From Narcine bancroftii (Eukaryota), in the NCBI RefSeq assembly GCF_036971445.1, contig NC_091480.1:82646001-82710000 (forward strand): a stretch of DNA of 64,000 bases, given 5' to 3'. Position numbers and translations under genes: made by a program. Shown in pieces: positions 63,410 through 64,000 of the stretch. How positions within the stretch are numbered: position 1 is the first letter of the stretch; each line of letters begins with the position of its first letter. The notes under the pieces were generated by a model. The model was not told where the DNA came from and ran no database searches. It saw only the letters and a list, made by a program, of their open reading frames with translations.

Positions 63410-63830
63410 TCAAATCACTGGAAGGATACATTCGATATTAGAAGCAAAAAAAAGAACAGGAGGGGCTCATGAGAATTATATGGTAGCCAGGAAGGAATTT
63501 AAGACAGGACTTAGGACAGCTGGAAGTGGGCATGAGATTAAGGCATTCTATGCTCATGAGAAGAATAAAAGATGACTAGAGGGAAGGTGGGGCCGCTTAA
63601 GGAAAAGGAGGCAACGTGTACCTGGAAGCGGAGGAGGTTGAAATGAGGGCGGATCTCATTGAAACATTTGAATGTTGAAAGGCATGGACAGAGTAGTTGT
63701 AGAAAGGTTGTTTCCTATGGTGGGAGAGTCTAGGACATGAGGGCGTAACTTCAGGATTGAAGGGTGTCTGCTTAGAACAGAAGGATGTCTGCAGAGGAAT
63801 TCTTTCAGGCAGAGAGTGGTAAATCTGCAG
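63410..63830 (+). mobile_element. CR1-like fragments
   Basis: atgagggcggatctcattgaaacatttgaatgttgaaaggcatggacagagtag is homologous to 18540-18940. Confidence 0.7.
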
Positions 63831-64000
63831 AAGGCTGGCAGTGGGGCTGAGTGGGAAAATGAATCAGATTACGATTAAATAGTGGGCTCTTATGGATCTC
63901 CCAGAGGACACCCATTTTAAATCCCCACCCCATTTCCTTGCCAACATGTCTGTCCATGGTCTCATCCACTGCCAGGTTGTGGGACAACCTGCAAATTGGA

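Overview
Eukaryotic, repeat-rich vertebrate DNA. The repeat set (V-domain tRNA SINEs, CR1, Penelope, Rex1/Babar, RTE) suggests a cartilaginous fish, but that is inference. There are two real gene loci. (1) A cluster of intronless small heat-shock genes of the Hsp30/HSPB9 type: three copies encoding the same 217-aa protein (1893-2546 +, 4783-5436 -, 9331-9984 +) plus the 3' relic of a fourth copy at about 5872. Copies 1 and 2 form a ~1.5-kb near-perfect palindrome, and copy 3 matches them only inside a sharp 879-bp tract. (2) A complete RAB5C gene on the minus strand: five coding exons (29497 to 20926, 218 aa), a non-coding exon 1 near 45.6 kb, and a CpG-rich promoter with ETS, CCAAT and two ACTACA/ZNF143-type motifs. 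The rest is mostly decayed transposons. They include a full-length Gypsy LTR element (49304-54315) with two nested solo LTRs and no tRNA-type primer site (possibly self-priming), Penelope fragments with hammerhead-like motifs, a 5S-derived SINE and a 3 x 91-bp tandem repeat. All alignments were done by eye. Gene coordinates are precise; most repeat boundaries are approximate.
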